64,000 nt of DNA, taken from positions 1,119-65,118 of the forward strand of contig DVGW01000050.1 of the NCBI GenBank assembly GCA_018712515.1, written 5' to 3'. Source of the stretch: Candidatus Aphodovivens avicola (lineage in GTDB: Bacteria > Actinomycetota > Coriobacteriia > Coriobacteriales > Eggerthellaceae). Position 1 is the first letter of the stretch. Each line of letters starts with the position of its first letter. Below the pieces are notes generated by a model. The model saw only the letters and a program-made list of their open reading frames with translations. It had not been told where the DNA came from and made no database searches. This document shows positions 63,869 through 64,000 of the stretch, piece by piece. The position numbers and the translations under genes are program-made.

Positions 63869-64000
63869 GTGGAGGAGAAGCGCATTCTCGACGCAGTGAC
63901 GTCGCCTGCCGACCTTAAGCTGCTCGACAACGAGGAACTCGGGATCCTCGCGGACGAGATCCGCGAGGAGATCATCGACGTGACGTCGCAGACAGGCGGG
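63869..64000 (+). CDS. dxs: 1-deoxy-D-xylulose-5-phosphate synthase, N-terminal fragment (runs off the window)
   Basis: GTG 63869 after GGAGG. ILDAVTSPADLKLLDNEELGILADEIREEIIDV. Confidence 0.75.
   Translation, partial: MEEKRILDAVTSPADLKLLDNEELGILADEIREEIIDVTSQTGG

Overview
This is a 64-kb window of high-GC DNA, about two-thirds G+C by eye. Gene content suggests an actinobacterial host, possibly Coriobacteriia/Eggerthellaceae-like, but that is inference only. Positions 1 to about 27.8 kb are the right-hand part of an integrative conjugative element (ICE), transcribed almost entirely on the minus strand. It encodes a VirB4-like ATPase, PrgI, a VirB6-like membrane protein, Maff2, a VirD4-type coupling protein, an ArdC-N protein, PcfB, a relaxase with MobC, a Toprim primase, two C5 DNA methyltransferases, a DinJ-YoeB toxin-antitoxin pair, a ~2000-aa polyvalent ArdC-N/N6-methyltransferase/SNF2-helicase protein, TnpV, a sortase-anchored NlpC/P60 hydrolase with its own class B sortase, ParB, ParA and a YraN-like gene. 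The ICE ends in an AT-rich arm next to a 5'-truncated tRNA-Ala(CGC) copy, which looks like attR. No integrase lies in the window. The remaining ~36 kb is chromosomal: an acyl-ACP thioesterase, EamA, a CobW-like GTPase, a GGDEF cyclase, galU, a DUF853 ATPase, a 2-hydroxyacid dehydrogenase, an Hcy-methyltransferase-like gene, MscS, a two-component system, rarA, alaS-ruvX-mltG, yqeG-aroE-queD-aroC-aroK-aroB-aroQ, pepP, efp, a two-subunit pyruvate carboxylase, asp23, nusB, xseB and the 5' end of dxs. Six observations stand out. (1) A lower-GC, opposite-strand two-gene cassette (a double zinc-ribbon protein plus a 272-aa unknown) sits inside the T4SS operon. (2) A complete tnpV with a strong RBS is nested out of frame inside the uninterrupted polyvalent-protein ORF. 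(3) A lower-GC unknown gene overlaps tail-to-tail with two translationally coupled C5 methyltransferases. (4) Two tandem paralogous candidate sRNAs carry repeated CCCCUC motifs, each with its own promoter and terminator, in a 1.7-kb non-coding, repeat-rich gap. (5) A family of ~120-200-nt long-hairpin intergenic elements shows compensatory stem changes, with six copies in 23 kb. (6) A 33-bp perfect inverted repeat lies between two genes. Many long ORFs in the supplied track are GC-driven shadow frames. I rejected those or trimmed them to RBS-supported starts.
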